The notes under the pieces: model-generated
Database searches by the model: none
Seen by the model: only the letters and a program-made list of their open reading frames with translations
Told to the model about the DNA's origin: nothing
Assembly (NCBI GenBank): GCA_002269645.1
Contig: NIVC01000573.1
Coordinates: 248,001-312,000, forward strand
From: Macrostomum lignano
Taxonomy: Eukaryota
Reading direction: 5' to 3'
DNA: 64,000 bases
Translations under genes and position numbers: made by a program
In this document: one piece after another, positions 39,569-52,500 of the stretch
How the letters are laid out: every line of letters begins with the position of its first letter
How positions within the stretch are numbered: position 1 is the first letter of the stretch

Positions 39569-42142
39569 CAGGTGGCACGGTGGAACAGTTGATTCCATTC
39601 TTTCAGGTTTAAAACTGTCGGTCTGGGTATCTCTGGATGATTGAGTGTTCACGAAAAAGCAATTTCTAGCTCGTACAGGCACAAGTGCTGCTGTTGATGC
39701 AGTTTTCAAGAGCTATGAGATGCAGTTATAAGCTTACTTTCCTACTCAATGTTGTGAATTGAAGCGCCATGGCAACAAATAGCTCTTGAGTCCACACATT
39801 ATCACTACAACGTCTGTTTCATATACTTTGCCCTCCCAGGCCATTGGAGGTTCAGTCGACTTCAGTACGAGCGAACGAACGACGAGCTCATCTCCCTTAA
39901 AAGCCCTTCAATGACTTTTTGATGACTGGCTGTGTTGTCCGGGTAGCTCAGCGCTTGTCCTTGTCCTGTGTTATCCTTGGTTCGATTCTGTAAGCGACTA
40001 TATTAATTTTTGGGCACGAAAATTGGTGGTGGTTGCCGTGCGACTTATACCGGCGGCCATGATGGCCAAACCCCAAGACACAGCTATAGCGTACATCCCA
40101 GCAGATGATTAGAATGTCAGGGTCGCTGTACACCCAGCTGTGTCAGAGTACGTGTGAGTGCGTGCCTACACTGCAGTGTACATGTATGTGCGCACTACGA
40201 GTCAGCGGTTGTGAGACGATGTGGCGCAATGGGGTGCCTGTGGGGAACAATAATCGATCGATAGCTACTGCGGACCACGCCTGGCAACGGGACGAGAGCG
40301 AGCCGGCCGGAAGACAATTGGGACCAAAAAAGTGTACTAGCTGTGGGGATCGCAGCGGCCTAGGAAAGGAGAGGGCGTCAAATTCAACAAATGCATTAAA
40401 ATCCCCAATTCTGTGAGGGCAGAGCGGACCCCAACCTAGCAACGGGCTAGTTTAGTGTTTTGGGCTAGACTTCAATTTATCGGATCAGCTGGCCCTGCAT
40501 GTGTCCCCCCAAACAGCGCTAATGTGTACTGTTGTGAAGGCTACCCCCACCTCAAAAGGAACTTGCAAGATTTTGAGAATATTGTAAAAGAAGGAAGGAA
40601 CGGGAGCGCAGAATCTGCTCTTCTCTGATTTTGGTTTAGCTATAGCACCGTTTAGTTCCAGTCGTTACTAATATGCTGCCTTGACTTTGTAATCTGCGGG
40701 AATCTGCAGCTGTTGATTTGGAAAGAGAGTTGGTTTTCAGTCTGCATTTATTACGTTATAGCAAACCCATGGGCCTAGGTAATATTTTTTCAGTCGATTT
40801 CGCTTCTTAGATGTCGAAAGTACTTGTACTTGTGTATGTAGGCTCTTTCCAACCCTGTCAAAGAACCAATCAAAGACAAACCCTGCACTGCTCATCTCTC
40901 TGGGTCCATACGCTCGTACATATATCCTTCTTCTACCTAGCCTGTAACGTGTACATCCAATTCGCACTGTTGATTTACCCGTAAATTATGGAGGGCTTCT
41001 GCGCATGAAGCAACCCATGAAGTAGTTGTGCAAAACCTCTGTTTCGGCTTCTTCTAATTCCTGTTTCTTCCTTCCTTGATCTCTCGATCTCTCTTATCCT
41101 GTTGATATAATAAAAATAAGTCATTATCTTCTTCCTTACCGTAAACTATAGTTAGTGTGCATTTTTTTCAAATTGGTCTCTCATTCTTTTTGACTGCCAC
41201 TCTATCGACGGGACGGGACGATTGAATAATACGAAACAATTAATGCAGTATACCAAAGTGCCAGTGATATAATTTACTGAAAATACTCTGTGCGATTTAC
41301 ATTTCAGAAAATATAATATTAAAGAAATATAAAGTATTTCTTACTAAATATTTAATAGACTTATGTGCCACCGAGCGCGTGCATCGTATTCAATCCAAGA
41401 TTTTAATGTTGTTTACTTTAAAACTTTAGCGTGCACGGGCATGGACGTAACGTCCTGGGCAGCAAGGGATCAAGCTCGAAAGCTTCAAGTCAACAAAACT
41501 TAATTAAACGCAAGTCCTAATGTCTTATCATGGGAGCTTTTCAGATCATGTAGTAATGTGGGCTAAAGAAAAGAGCGATTTAAAAAATAAAATTTCTCAC
41601 TTGAAATATATGTGGAATACAAATGATTAGAAATTTGAGATTTAGTAAAATAAAAGAAACGCTACAAATCTGCTATTGCAAAGTGCACAATTTCAAAGTT
41701 TGTAGGCCTAGTAATTAGTGAGCTATTATACTAAGCTTATTGACCGATCTTAGAAATGTATATTGAACTTTACCACTTGGTATACTTGGTAGGCCTATAG
41801 TATTTACTTTTAGGTTCCAAATTACAAACTTAATAAAGTAGGTTCACCATTCATGTTTAGCTTCTGTTCTAGATCCAATTATATCTAAGCCTTTTCAATA
41901 AGATTCTAGATCTTTTTTAATAATACATCTAATATATATAGGCCTAGCAAATATATACATTTTTAAAAACTTATTTTTTTAATTTAAGTTTTTTGTCACT
42001 TAACAAGCTACACCTTAAAAAATCATGCACAACACAGTCATAAGTATATGGCTATGAACCATAGCCTATCTTTATAATTAAAAATAGTCTGAGCTAGCTA
42101 GAAGGCAAATTTTTTAAGATTTATACTTATGACAAATGGTAA

Positions 42143-42721
42143 CTGGTCATTTTGCCCATAAACCATTTTGGCCATGGACATTTTGCTCCCAGACCATTTT
42201 GCCAACAGACCATTTTGCCCACAGACTGTTTTGTCCACAGACCATTTCACCCATAGACAGTTTCAGCCATGGACCATTTCTAAACTTTATGATTTTAAAC
42301 TTTGTGCTTTAATTCTTAATTTTGGTGACAAATCTTATTCTTTTAGTATTTCTAGCTTTACTTTGCTTATAACCAAAACCCTTTCTGATCCTCAGATTGT
42401 TAAAATTGGCTTTAGTTGTCACACTTTCGAAAGGAATGACTTTTTAAAAATATTTGTAATAATTTACAATTGTAATAAAAATTGCAATAGCACAATTGTT
42501 ATAGCAACAATTTAGATCATATTTTATTATATATTAAAACTAAAAATTAGTATTGAAAAAAGAAAATAAAGATGTATATATGGCTATATCTCTAAATTAC
42601 ATAATTACCATTTTGGCCAAAATGCCTATAGCCAAACTGGTTTATAGGCAAAATGGACTATGGTCAAAATGGTCTGGGGAGAACTGTCTATGGCCAAAAT
42701 AGTTTGGGGCAAAACAACCAG
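42143..42721. mobile_element. Foldback/MITE-like element with inverted arrays of about 19-bp subrepeats around an AT-rich core
   Basis: The left arm repeats GACCATTTTGCCC and the right arm repeats GGCAAAATGG(A/T)C. Ends CTGGTCATTTTGCCC ... GGGCAAAACAACCAG are imperfect inverted repeats. Confidence 0.6.
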
Positions 42722-43172
42722 AATTCTAGGTTATTAATATATCAAAGAGAGCCATACTAGAGAAAGTAGGCCCTAGTCAAACTCTAGAAATTATCGAAAT
42801 CAATATTTGTAAAATATGTTATACTTTATATATATATATATATATTATAAATATTAATGTTGAAAACATAATTATAACTGTACTTTTACCATAGAACAAT
42901 GAAATAAATAGACTTTCTAATAAATAACTATTTCCAAGTGTTAGGCCCTAGGTTTTGTTGACAATATACTTACTTTTAGTTTTAGTTTGGCCAATATAAC
43001 TTGTAAGTATATAGTTTAAACATTAGAAAAGTTTAGACTAGAGTACTTAAGCCTAGTTTCTAATAAATAGCTATTTTGTAAATTAAATTGATAATTTTAT
43101 AAACCAAAATGCAAGCCAAATATAATAAGATAATTTTTTTAATTTAAATTGTATGAAAATTTATGAGGAAAA

Positions 43173-44972
43173 ATGGCCTTCTCATTCAACTTCCAAATTG
43201 ACCCTAAGGATATTGGCAATGATATTGAAAGTTTTAAAATTTCAACTAGCTGTGAAAATCAGGCTAACAAAAGCAAATCTACAGGCCTAATATCAGATAA
43301 GTCATCAGGTCAATTGAAGGAGCTCAGCCTAGAGCTAGATGAACTGCCAGTATGTGAGGATGATGTTGTGACCTCAGTGCAGCTGCTAAAGGGATCAACT
43401 AACCCCAATGCATCTGTCAGCTACTATTGTCCTGAGGAGGTCAGCCTATGGGCCAAGGCGAATGACCTGATGCCTATAGACTCTGAGCAAAGCACTGACT
43501 TGGTTAGTCTATATTTTGGTATTGCTTTTTTATTTGCTACTGAGGAAAATGGAAAGAAATTAGGCCACAGTTTACCCCTAAAGTTACAAGTTTGCAAGCT
43601 TTGCAAGTTTTGAAATTATGAATAATTATCTCAATGAGAGTTTTTTTAATTTGTGCAATCTCACTGAGAGTCTGTTTGGATGTATGCAATCTCACTGAGA
43701 GTCTGTTTAAATGTATGCAATCTCACTGAGAGTCTGTTTAAATGTGTGCAATCTCACTGGGAGTCTGTTTGTGTGCAATCTCACTGAGAGTCTGTTTGTG
43801 TGCAACCTTACTGAGTGACATCAATTAAAAGCATCTCCCTAACTGCTAGGTAAGCAACCTCACTGGGTGACACCAATTAAAAGCAGCTCCCTAACTGCTA
43901 GGTAAGCAACCTCACTGAGTGACACCAATTAAAAGCAGCTCCCTAACTGCTAGGTAAGCAACCTCACTGAGTGACACCAATTAAAAGCAGCTCCCTAACT
44001 GCTAGGTAAGCAACCTCACTGAGTGACACCAATTAAAAGCAGCTCCCTAACTGCTAGGTAAGCAACCTCACTGGGTGACACCAATTAAAAGCAGCTCCCT
44101 AACTGCTAGGTAAGCAACCTCACTGAGTGACACCAATTAAAAGCAGCTCCCTAACTGCTAGGTAAGCAACCTCACTGAGTGACACCAATTAAAAGCAGCT
44201 CCCTAACTGCTAGGTAAGCAACCTCTCTGAGTGACACCAATTAAAAGCATCTCCCTAACTGCTAGGTAAGCAACCTCACTGGGTGACACCAATTAAAAGC
44301 ATCTCCCTAACTGCTAGGTAAGCGGCGTGTACGAAGGCGGCTTGCAGCTGTGGGAGTGCTCGGAAGACTTGGCCAAATGGCTGCTGGACAAGGCGGAGCT
44401 GCAGCCGGGTCTCCGAGTGATGGAGCTGGGCTGCGGAGCTGGACTGCCTGGGCTGAGCTGCCTGAGAAGGCACCGGCCAGTGAAGGTGGCCTTTCAGGTG
44501 AGGTGTCCGTGAAGTTTCACAGTGGTTCACAAAATTTGCAATTTTATCCCTTGTCACTTCATTCTCTTCTCAGGACTTCAACCCGGAAGTGCTCCGAGCC
44601 TGGACGATGCCGAACTGCCGGTTAAACCTCGCCGATCTGGCGCGGCCGCCGCAGCTGGAGTTCCTGGCCGGCAGCTGGGCCGGCCTGGCGGCTTGGGAGG
44701 CGGCGCGCGGCGCCTTCGATCTGGTGCTGACAGCTGAGACTATTTACAATCCCGACTATTACCAGCAGCTCCACGACGCGCTAAGCCATCTGCTGGCCCC
44801 GGACGGTGTCGCTCTGGTTGCCGCCAAGGTCAGCTACTTCGGCGTCGGCGGCTCCGAGTCTTTGTTTTGCGACTTCCTCGACCGTCGCGGCCAGTTCAGC
44901 CACTCGACTGCCATGCGCACGGAGTCGGCGGCTCTGGCCCGAGTGATTCTTGAGCTGCGGCGGCGGCGGTGA
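43173..44972 (+). CDS. METTL18: Histidine protein methyltransferase 1 homolog. Exons 43173-43502, 44318-44497, 44574-44972
   Basis: MAFSFNF N-terminus. Spliced STDL|VSGVYEGGLQLWEC; motif I VMELGCGAGLPGL; FQ|DFNPEVL; FDLVLTAETIYNPDYY; ALVAAKVSYFGVGGS. All junctions are phase 0 and GT-AG. Confidence 0.93.
43625..43802. repeat. About 27-31-bp tandem repeat (TGCAATCTCACTGAGAGTCTGTTT...) in METTL18 intron 1
   Basis: About 6 units seen directly; shares CAA(T/C)CTCACTGAG with the adjacent 52-bp array. Confidence 0.85.
43803..44323 (+). repeat. 52-bp tandem array containing the branch point, acceptor AG and first 6 exon nt of METTL18 exon 2
   Basis: Unit GTAAGCAACCTCACTGAGTGACACCAATTAAAAGCAGCTCCCTAACTGCTAG. 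AG|GTAAGC junctions at 43850, 43902, 43954, 44006, 44058, 44110, 44162, 44214, 44266 and 44318. Confidence 0.95.
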
Positions 44973-44999
44973 CCGGTTCTGATTCCATCGCATTCTCAT

Positions 45000-45385
45000 T
45001 ATCCGTGCAATTCCCCTCATTATTGATGGAATTCCCCTTATTATCAGTGCAATTCACTTCATTATCCATGGAATGTCCCTCATCCACGAAATCCACGAAA
45101 TTCCCTTGAATATCCTTGGAATTCCCTCATTAACCATGGAATTTCCCTCATTATCCATAGAATTTCCCTCAATATCCATGGAATTCCCCTCAACATTCAT
45201 GGAATTCTACTCATTCATGGAATACCCCTCGTTATCCATTATCTCATTATCCATGGAATTCCCCTCAATATCCATGGAATTTCCCTCATTACCCATGGAA
45301 TTCCCCTCAATATCCATGGAATTCCCCTCAATATCCAAGGAATTTCCCTTATTATCCATGGAATTTCCCTCGATATCCATGGAGT
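45000..45385. repeat. 21-bp minisatellite (AATTCCCCTCAATATCCATGG)n starting about 30 nt after the METTL18 stop codon
   Basis: About 17 degenerate units. Confidence 0.88.
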
Positions 45386-45699
45386 TCCTGAATTGTAAAG
45401 TCCTCCAACCTAAGCCTAAAATCTCACTTTTCGTAGAGTCCTTTTCCGGTATGAAAATAAATTGCAATTATGATATTGTTAAAGGTTGTTATGACATTTC
45501 TGGCAAAGTTTGCTCTGCTGGTGCAATTTTAGCAAAATTTTATTAATAAATAAAAATTGCAGCCAAGCCCAGGCTCTGGCAATTATTTGCGAGGCTCTGT
45601 GCATTTTTTACCTTGTCTGGCAGCATTTATATTTTATTGAGTAAAATTGGGCTGAAATATACTTTTCATCCTGCACTTCCTCTCCTTATCTTTCCTATC

Positions 45700-46500
45700 A
45701 GACTTTCCCTCTCCCTATGTCCCTCTCCCCCATCTCCCGGTCCCTCATCTCCCTCTATTATCCCTATCTCCCTAATCGCTCTCCTCAATCTCCCTCTCCC
45801 CCATCTCCCTCTCCCCATCTCCCTCTCCCCCATCTCCCTCTCCCCATCTCCCTCTTCCCCTCTCCCTCTCCCTCATCTCCCTCTCCCCATCTCCCTCTGC
45901 CTCATCTCCCTCTCCCCCATCTCCCTCTCCCCCATCTCCCTCTACCCCATCTCCCTCTCCCCCATCTCCCTCTCCCCATCTCCCTCTTCCCCTCTCCCTC
46001 TCCCCATCTCCCTCTTCCCCTCTCCCTCTGCCTCATCTCCCTCTCCCCCATCTCCCTCTCCCCATCTCCCTCTTCCCCTCTCCCTCTCCCCATCTCCCTC
46101 TTCCCCTCTCCCTCTGCCTCATCTCCCTCTCCCCCATCTCCCTCTCCCCATCTCCCTCTTCCCCTCTCCCTCTCCCTCATCTCCCTCTTCCCCTCTCCCT
46201 CTCCCCATCTCCCTCTTCCCCTCTCCCTCTGCCTCATCTCCCTCTCCCCCATCTCCCTCTCCCCATCTCCCTCTTCCCCTCTCCCTCTCCCTCATCTCCC
46301 TCTTCCCCTCTCCCTCTCCCTCATCTCCCTCTCCCCATCTCCCTCTGCCTCATCTCCCTCTCCCCCATCTCCCTCTCCCCAACTCCCTCTCCCCATCTTC
46401 CTCTCAGCGTTTGTCCATCTCCTCTCGTTCCCCTCTCTCTCTCTCCCCTACTCCTCTCTGTCCATCGTTCTCTCCCTGGCTCTCCTTTCTCCCTTCGCCC
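45700..46500. repeat. Polypyrimidine-rich low-complexity repeat (CATCTCCCTCTCCC)n upstream of PHYH
   Basis: Direct reading. Confidence 0.9.
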
Positions 46501-46585
46501 TTTTCTCCCAGTAACCTATCCCTGAGATGTGTTAAGTTCATAAATCAGAGAGCGGCTCCATCGCAATGAATTCATGCCAGCAGGC

Positions 46586-49500
46586 ATGGCAGAGACGCCA
46601 CTCAGATACTCTGTCGGCGGCGGGCAGCTGAGCCCATCCGACCGGCTGTTCTACGAAAAGAACGGCTTTATTGTGGTGAAAGGCCTGGTGCCCGAGCACT
46701 GCGTGCGAGATTACATGTGCGTGCAACCTGACTTTGCCTTCTTTGCCTTGGCTTCCAAGTCAGCTGATATCCTCCTTATCAATCTGCCCTTGCTGCAGAT
46801 CTAACTGCCGATTTTAATAACCCCTGGGTTTTGTCTGCACTTTTAAAAATATGCAAGCTCTTTAAAGGCTCAGACAACCAGCTTGTATTTTGGCGTCTGC
46901 GTTAAATCTTTTCTTTACCTAGCAACTTTCTTGACTACCTTCACTACATGTTTGGTGTCCCTTATGCTCATTTTGGCGCCCCCCATACTCATCTTAGCCC
47001 CCCCCCCGATACTCATCTTGGCGCCCCCCCCCCCCGATGCTCATCTTGGTGCCCCCCCCCCGATGCTATCTTGGCGCCCTCGATACTCATCTTGGCGCCC
47101 CCCCCGATGCTCATCTCCCCCCCCCCGATGCTCATCTTCCCCCCCCCGATGCTATCTTGGCACCCCCGATACTCATCTTAGCGCCCCCGATACTCATCTT
47201 AGCGCCCCCGATACTCATCTTGGCGCCCCCCCGATGCTATCTTGGCACCCCCGATACTCATCTTAGCGCCCCCGATACTCATCTTGGCGCCCCCCCGATG
47301 CTATTTTGGCGCCTCCCGATGCTCATCTTCCCCCCCCCCCCCGATGCTCATCTCCCCCCCCCGATGCTCATCTCCCCCCCGATGCTCATTTTCCCCCTCC
47401 CCCGATGCTATCTTGGCGCCTTCCGATGCTCATCTTCCCCCCCCCCCCCGATGCTCATCTTCCCTCCCCGATGCTCATCTTGGCGCCCCCCCCCCCGATA
47501 CTCATCTTAGCGCCCCCGATACTCATCTTGGCGCCCCCGATGCTATCTTGGCGCCTCCCGATGCTATCTTGGCGCCTCCCGATGCTCATCTTCCCCCCCC
47601 GATGCTCATCTCCCCCCCCCGATACTCATCTTGGCGCCCCCCCGATGCTATCTTGGCGCCTCCCGATGCTCATCTTCCCAGTGTCCATGATGTCAGCATT
47701 ATGCCGTAATTATGCTGACGCGTCAGCATATTTTTGACAAGCAAAAAAATTCCAAATTTGTGTTGCATTGATATCTGTTTGATATTTATTGAAAGTGCTT
47801 TCAGTTTCGCCAGCAATTCTTTCTTTTTTAGGCGCAGCATCAAACTGGAATAAATTTGGCCTGTGCATGCCACGGCACAATTAAGACATTAAGTGCTAAA
47901 AATATGACTTTGAGAAATTTAGAAGGAAAAGATTTTATGCAGGTTCCTGAATAGTCCCAAATTGATAATAGTCTTCAAAGATACCCATTGACAAATTTTA
48001 CTGTCTTCATAATTTTCGCATATATACAGCATGCAAATGCTTGTTCATTTCGTCGATTTCATATAATTTGAATTGTACATGTTTCTTATATATACTGAAT
48101 GGACTACAAATAGTAGTCATACAAGTAATATTTAGATGGTTTATTTTAAGCTATGTTATCTTTTGGCTATAGTAGTTATACATGTTTTTATTTTTTGTTA
48201 TAATACTAAGTATTGAACAATATTGAACAAAAATATAGCACATTTTTAATTGATGCTTTACGAGTCTTAGGCTTCTGTCTCGATCAATTGTACTGGCTTT
48301 TATATGTATGCGCAGAAAAATACCTTTTCTAACAAGGCATTTGTATATTAGTTTCTAGCAATAGTAGTGGGTGCAGTCTGACAATTTTCTAAGGCTGTAT
48401 ATGATATTACGAAGTTATATATGTTAATGTACTAGCCTAGGCTCTATAGGCATAGGCCTATGTGAAATATTGTACTTGTCATTTTTTATATACACCAGTC
48501 TTTAGTTGCTTTGTTGTATAAATTGCTGTTAAAATATGATATGATATAATACTGTTCCTTGTAGTTTATATTGCAAATAGCAAACAATTACATTTTCAGT
48601 TGTCAAAAAAGGATAAAACTAATTTTAAGTTTTATCTAAATCAATAAAACAAATGTTGAAATCAGACAATAGGCTTTTTCTAGTTTCTTAACTATTTTAT
48701 TTACTGGGACACTTAAGCCTTTAAGAGGTCTACTTATAGTAAAGTACTTATCTATAAATTCTATAAACAAAAAAATTAAATTGAATATCAATTTTTTAGC
48801 AATATTAAAAATGTGATAAATATATTTTTTCCATCATAGTTTAAGACTTTATTATGGCTTTTTAAATTCTAATTTTTTATTTTTTATATTGTAATGTTCA
48901 TGATATTTTCATGATTAAATGTCTAAATATGATATATTGATACAATATTAAATATAGCAAAAGCAGTTAATATGCAGTGTATTATGTTAATGTGTAGTTT
49001 AATATTTTTATATATTGCAAGTATAGCATGTTGTTAAAGAGGGACATTATTTTCATGGTATATATTGACAAAGATCAATCAATTTTATTAGTTTACTATG
49101 TGGATAAGACTAGGACTAGGAGCAGCATTATCTACATAATTCTATGCCAATTGGGAAGATATTCTATAGTATATAATATTAAATATTAAGTATTGAGTAG
49201 TATTAAGTATTTTCTTCCTTAATAGTCAGTTTATCTAAGATTCTAAGAGAAGGAAAGACAGGGATTGGAAAAGAATGATAGATATATATTAGACAACTAT
49301 ATAAGTGGTAGAAAGGAGAGAAGACTATGGGAATTGAAAAAAGAAAAGTTTGTAAGTGGGAATTAAAAGCCAAATAAACATGTTATCTAAAGTCCAATTT
49401 ATGCATTATTTCTTATTTCAGATGAGCATTCAATTTGAACAATGCAAATTCAAAGTCACGTGCTTCGAAGCTGGGATGCAATTACTGTCAAGGTTGAAGA

Positions 49501-52500
49501 AGTTTCGCTGAAGATAGGGTGGTTTACAAAACTTTTGTAGGCATTAAAAGAACAGCTAGATGCGGACTACAAATCTGGTCTTGAGAATAACCAACTGCAG
49601 ATTTCGCCACTCATTGACAATGCAAACTTGCAGTCTGGTTTCCCTGTTGATTACTAACATTCTGTTTGTTTGGGAGTTGTTCGCCAATTGTTAAAGTTTT
49701 TTCTCCACTGTAAAGGGTTTTCGTCTTCGTTGTAAATTATACCCAACTGCTTTGGCTGAGCTGTCTGAAAAGTCGATTTCTTTGGCGAAATTTATACCAA
49801 ATGAGTTTCAGTGACGGCCAAGGCAATTTGATACCAAGCTTTCTCATTTTAAGGCAACAGAATTCAGACTCTTTGCTGTATTTGGGACCCTATCTTTTAA
49901 AGAAGTATCTGCTTATAACTTTTGTATGTTGTTTTTGTTGCTATATTCTGTTTATATTTTTATGTTGTTATGTTTCTGTTTTCCCATGCTATTTAAGTTA
50001 CTATTTAAGTTAAATTATAAAAGAATTAAAGAACTAAAAACATGTTCCTACCATTGTTTTCGATGTTAAAAAAATACTTTTCTGCGCCGTCTTTTTTACA
50101 ATACACTTGTATTTAGTTCTTTTGTACCATTTCCTAAAGCCTAATTAAAGCCTTGTGGAGTTCAAAAAGGGTTAAGTGCTTCATTGTAATAATTGGACAA
50201 CAATTGCATTATTTATAAGCCACAGAAAGCTACGACGTACATTGGTTTACTATATAATTGAACAGGCATATCAGTCGCATATAGTCGGCATAAAAGCAGC
50301 ATTACACTGGCATTTCATGCTAACATAATGCCTGGATCCTGTCGCGACATTCAGTCTGGCATGATATGCCAGCATTATTCCAACAATGCAGCCACAATGC
50401 TACGAAGTACATTGGTTAACTACGTAATTGAACAGGCATATCAGTCGCATATAGTCGGCATAAAAGCAGCATTATACTGGCACTTCATGCTAACATAATG
50501 CCTGGATCTCGTCGCGACATTCAGTCTGGCATGATGCTGGCATAATATTCTGGCATTATTCCGACAATGCGGACACTGGGTTCCCCCCCCCCCCGATGCT
50601 CATCTTCCCCCCCCCGATGCTCATCTTCCCCCCCCAATGCTCATCTTGGCGCCCCCCCCCCCCGATAGTCATCTTGGCGCCCCCCCCGATACTCATCTTG
50701 GCACCCCCGATACTCATCTTGGCGCCCCAGATACTCATCTTGGCGCCCCAGATACTCATCTTGGCACCCCCGATACTCATCTTGGCGCCCCAGATACTCA
50801 TCTTGGCACCTCCGATACTCATCTTGGCACCTCCGATACTCATCTTGGCGCCCCAGATACTCATCTTGGCGCCCCAGATACTTATCTTGGCACCCCCGAT
50901 ACTCATCTTGGCGCCCCAGATACTCATCTTGGCACCCCCGATACTCATCTTGGCGCCCCAGATACTCATCTTGGCACCCCCGATACTCATCTTGGCGCCC
51001 CAGATACTCATCTTGGCGCCCCAGATACTCATCTTGGCACCCCCGATACTCATCTTGGCGCCCCAGATACTCATCTTGGCACCTCCGATACTCATCTTGG
51101 CACCTCCGATACTCATCTTGGCGCCCCAGATACTCATCTTGGCACACCCGATGCTCATCTTGGCGCCCCAGATACTCATCTTGGCACCCCCGATACTCAT
51201 CTTGGCGCCCCAGATACTCATCTTGGCACACCCGATGCTCATCTTGGCGCCCCAGATACTATGGACTGTGACGCTACATGTTATTTCTTATCTGTGCTGC
51301 TTTAATGAAATCTTCACAATTCATTTTTTCCGCCGGTCGGCAGCGCCCGTTTCCAGGAAATCTGCGCCGGTGCCCAGCGCCCGCCAGGCCTGACGGTGAT
51401 GCGCGACGTCAGCGCCTTGGACGACAGCGGCGGCGGTGAGCGGGCGGTGTACAAGCTGCAGGACTTCCAGAATGACGATCGGCTGTTCGCCTACTGCCAG
51501 CTGCCGCAGGTGCGATTGTTAGCTGTCCCCTGGGGAACTCAAATCCGCTCCCTGAAGAATCCATATCTGCTCCCTGAAGAATCCATATCTGCTCCCTGAA
51601 GAATTCATATCTGCTCCCTGAAGAATCCATATCTGCTCCCTGAAGAATTCATATCTGCTCCCTGAAGAATCCATATCCGCTCCCTGAAGAATCCATATCT
51701 GCTCCCTGAAGAATCCATATCTGCTCCCTGAAGAATCCATATCTGCTCCCTGAAGAATCTATATCTGCTCCCTGAAGAATCCATATGTCCACTCCCTGAA
51801 GAATCCATACGTCCACTCCCTGAAGAATCCATATGTCCACTCCCTGAAGAATCCATATGTCCACTCCCTGAAGAATCCATATGTCCGCCCCTGAAGAATC
51901 CATATCCGCTCCCTGAAGAATCCATATGTCCACTCCCTGAAGAATCCATATGTCCGCACCCTGAAGAATCCATATCCGCTCCCTGAAGAATCCATATCCG
52001 CTCCCTGAAGAATCCATATCCGCTCCCTGAAGAATCCATATCCGCACCCTGAAGAATCCATATGTCCGCATCCTGAATAATCCATATCCGCTCCCTGAAG
52101 AATCCATATCCGCTCCCTGAAGAATCCATGTCCGCATCCTGAATAATCCATATCCGCTCCCTGAAGAATCCATATCCGCTCCCTGAAGAATCCAAGTCCG
52201 CACCCTGAAGAATCCATATCCGCTCCCGCCAGGTGCTGGACTACGTCGTGGACATCATCGGGCCGGACGTCGCGGCGATGCACACAATGCTGATCAGCAA
52301 GCCGCCCGACCGCGGCACCCTGAGCAGCAGGCACCCGCTGCACCAGGACCTGTACTATTTCCCGTTCCGCCCGGCGGATAGGGTGGTTTGCGCCTGGACC
52401 GCCTTGGAGCCGGTTACCAGGGCCAACGGCTGCCTGGTGGCGGTGCCGGGGTCGCACCTGGACGGCCGGCTGCTGCCGCACGATTATCCCAATTGGGGGG

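Noticed and set aside
40737-41100. Possible retroelement remnant (GIY-YIG- or BEL-like peptide fragments)
   Set aside because: Similarity is too weak and interrupted by stops; it needs a profile search.
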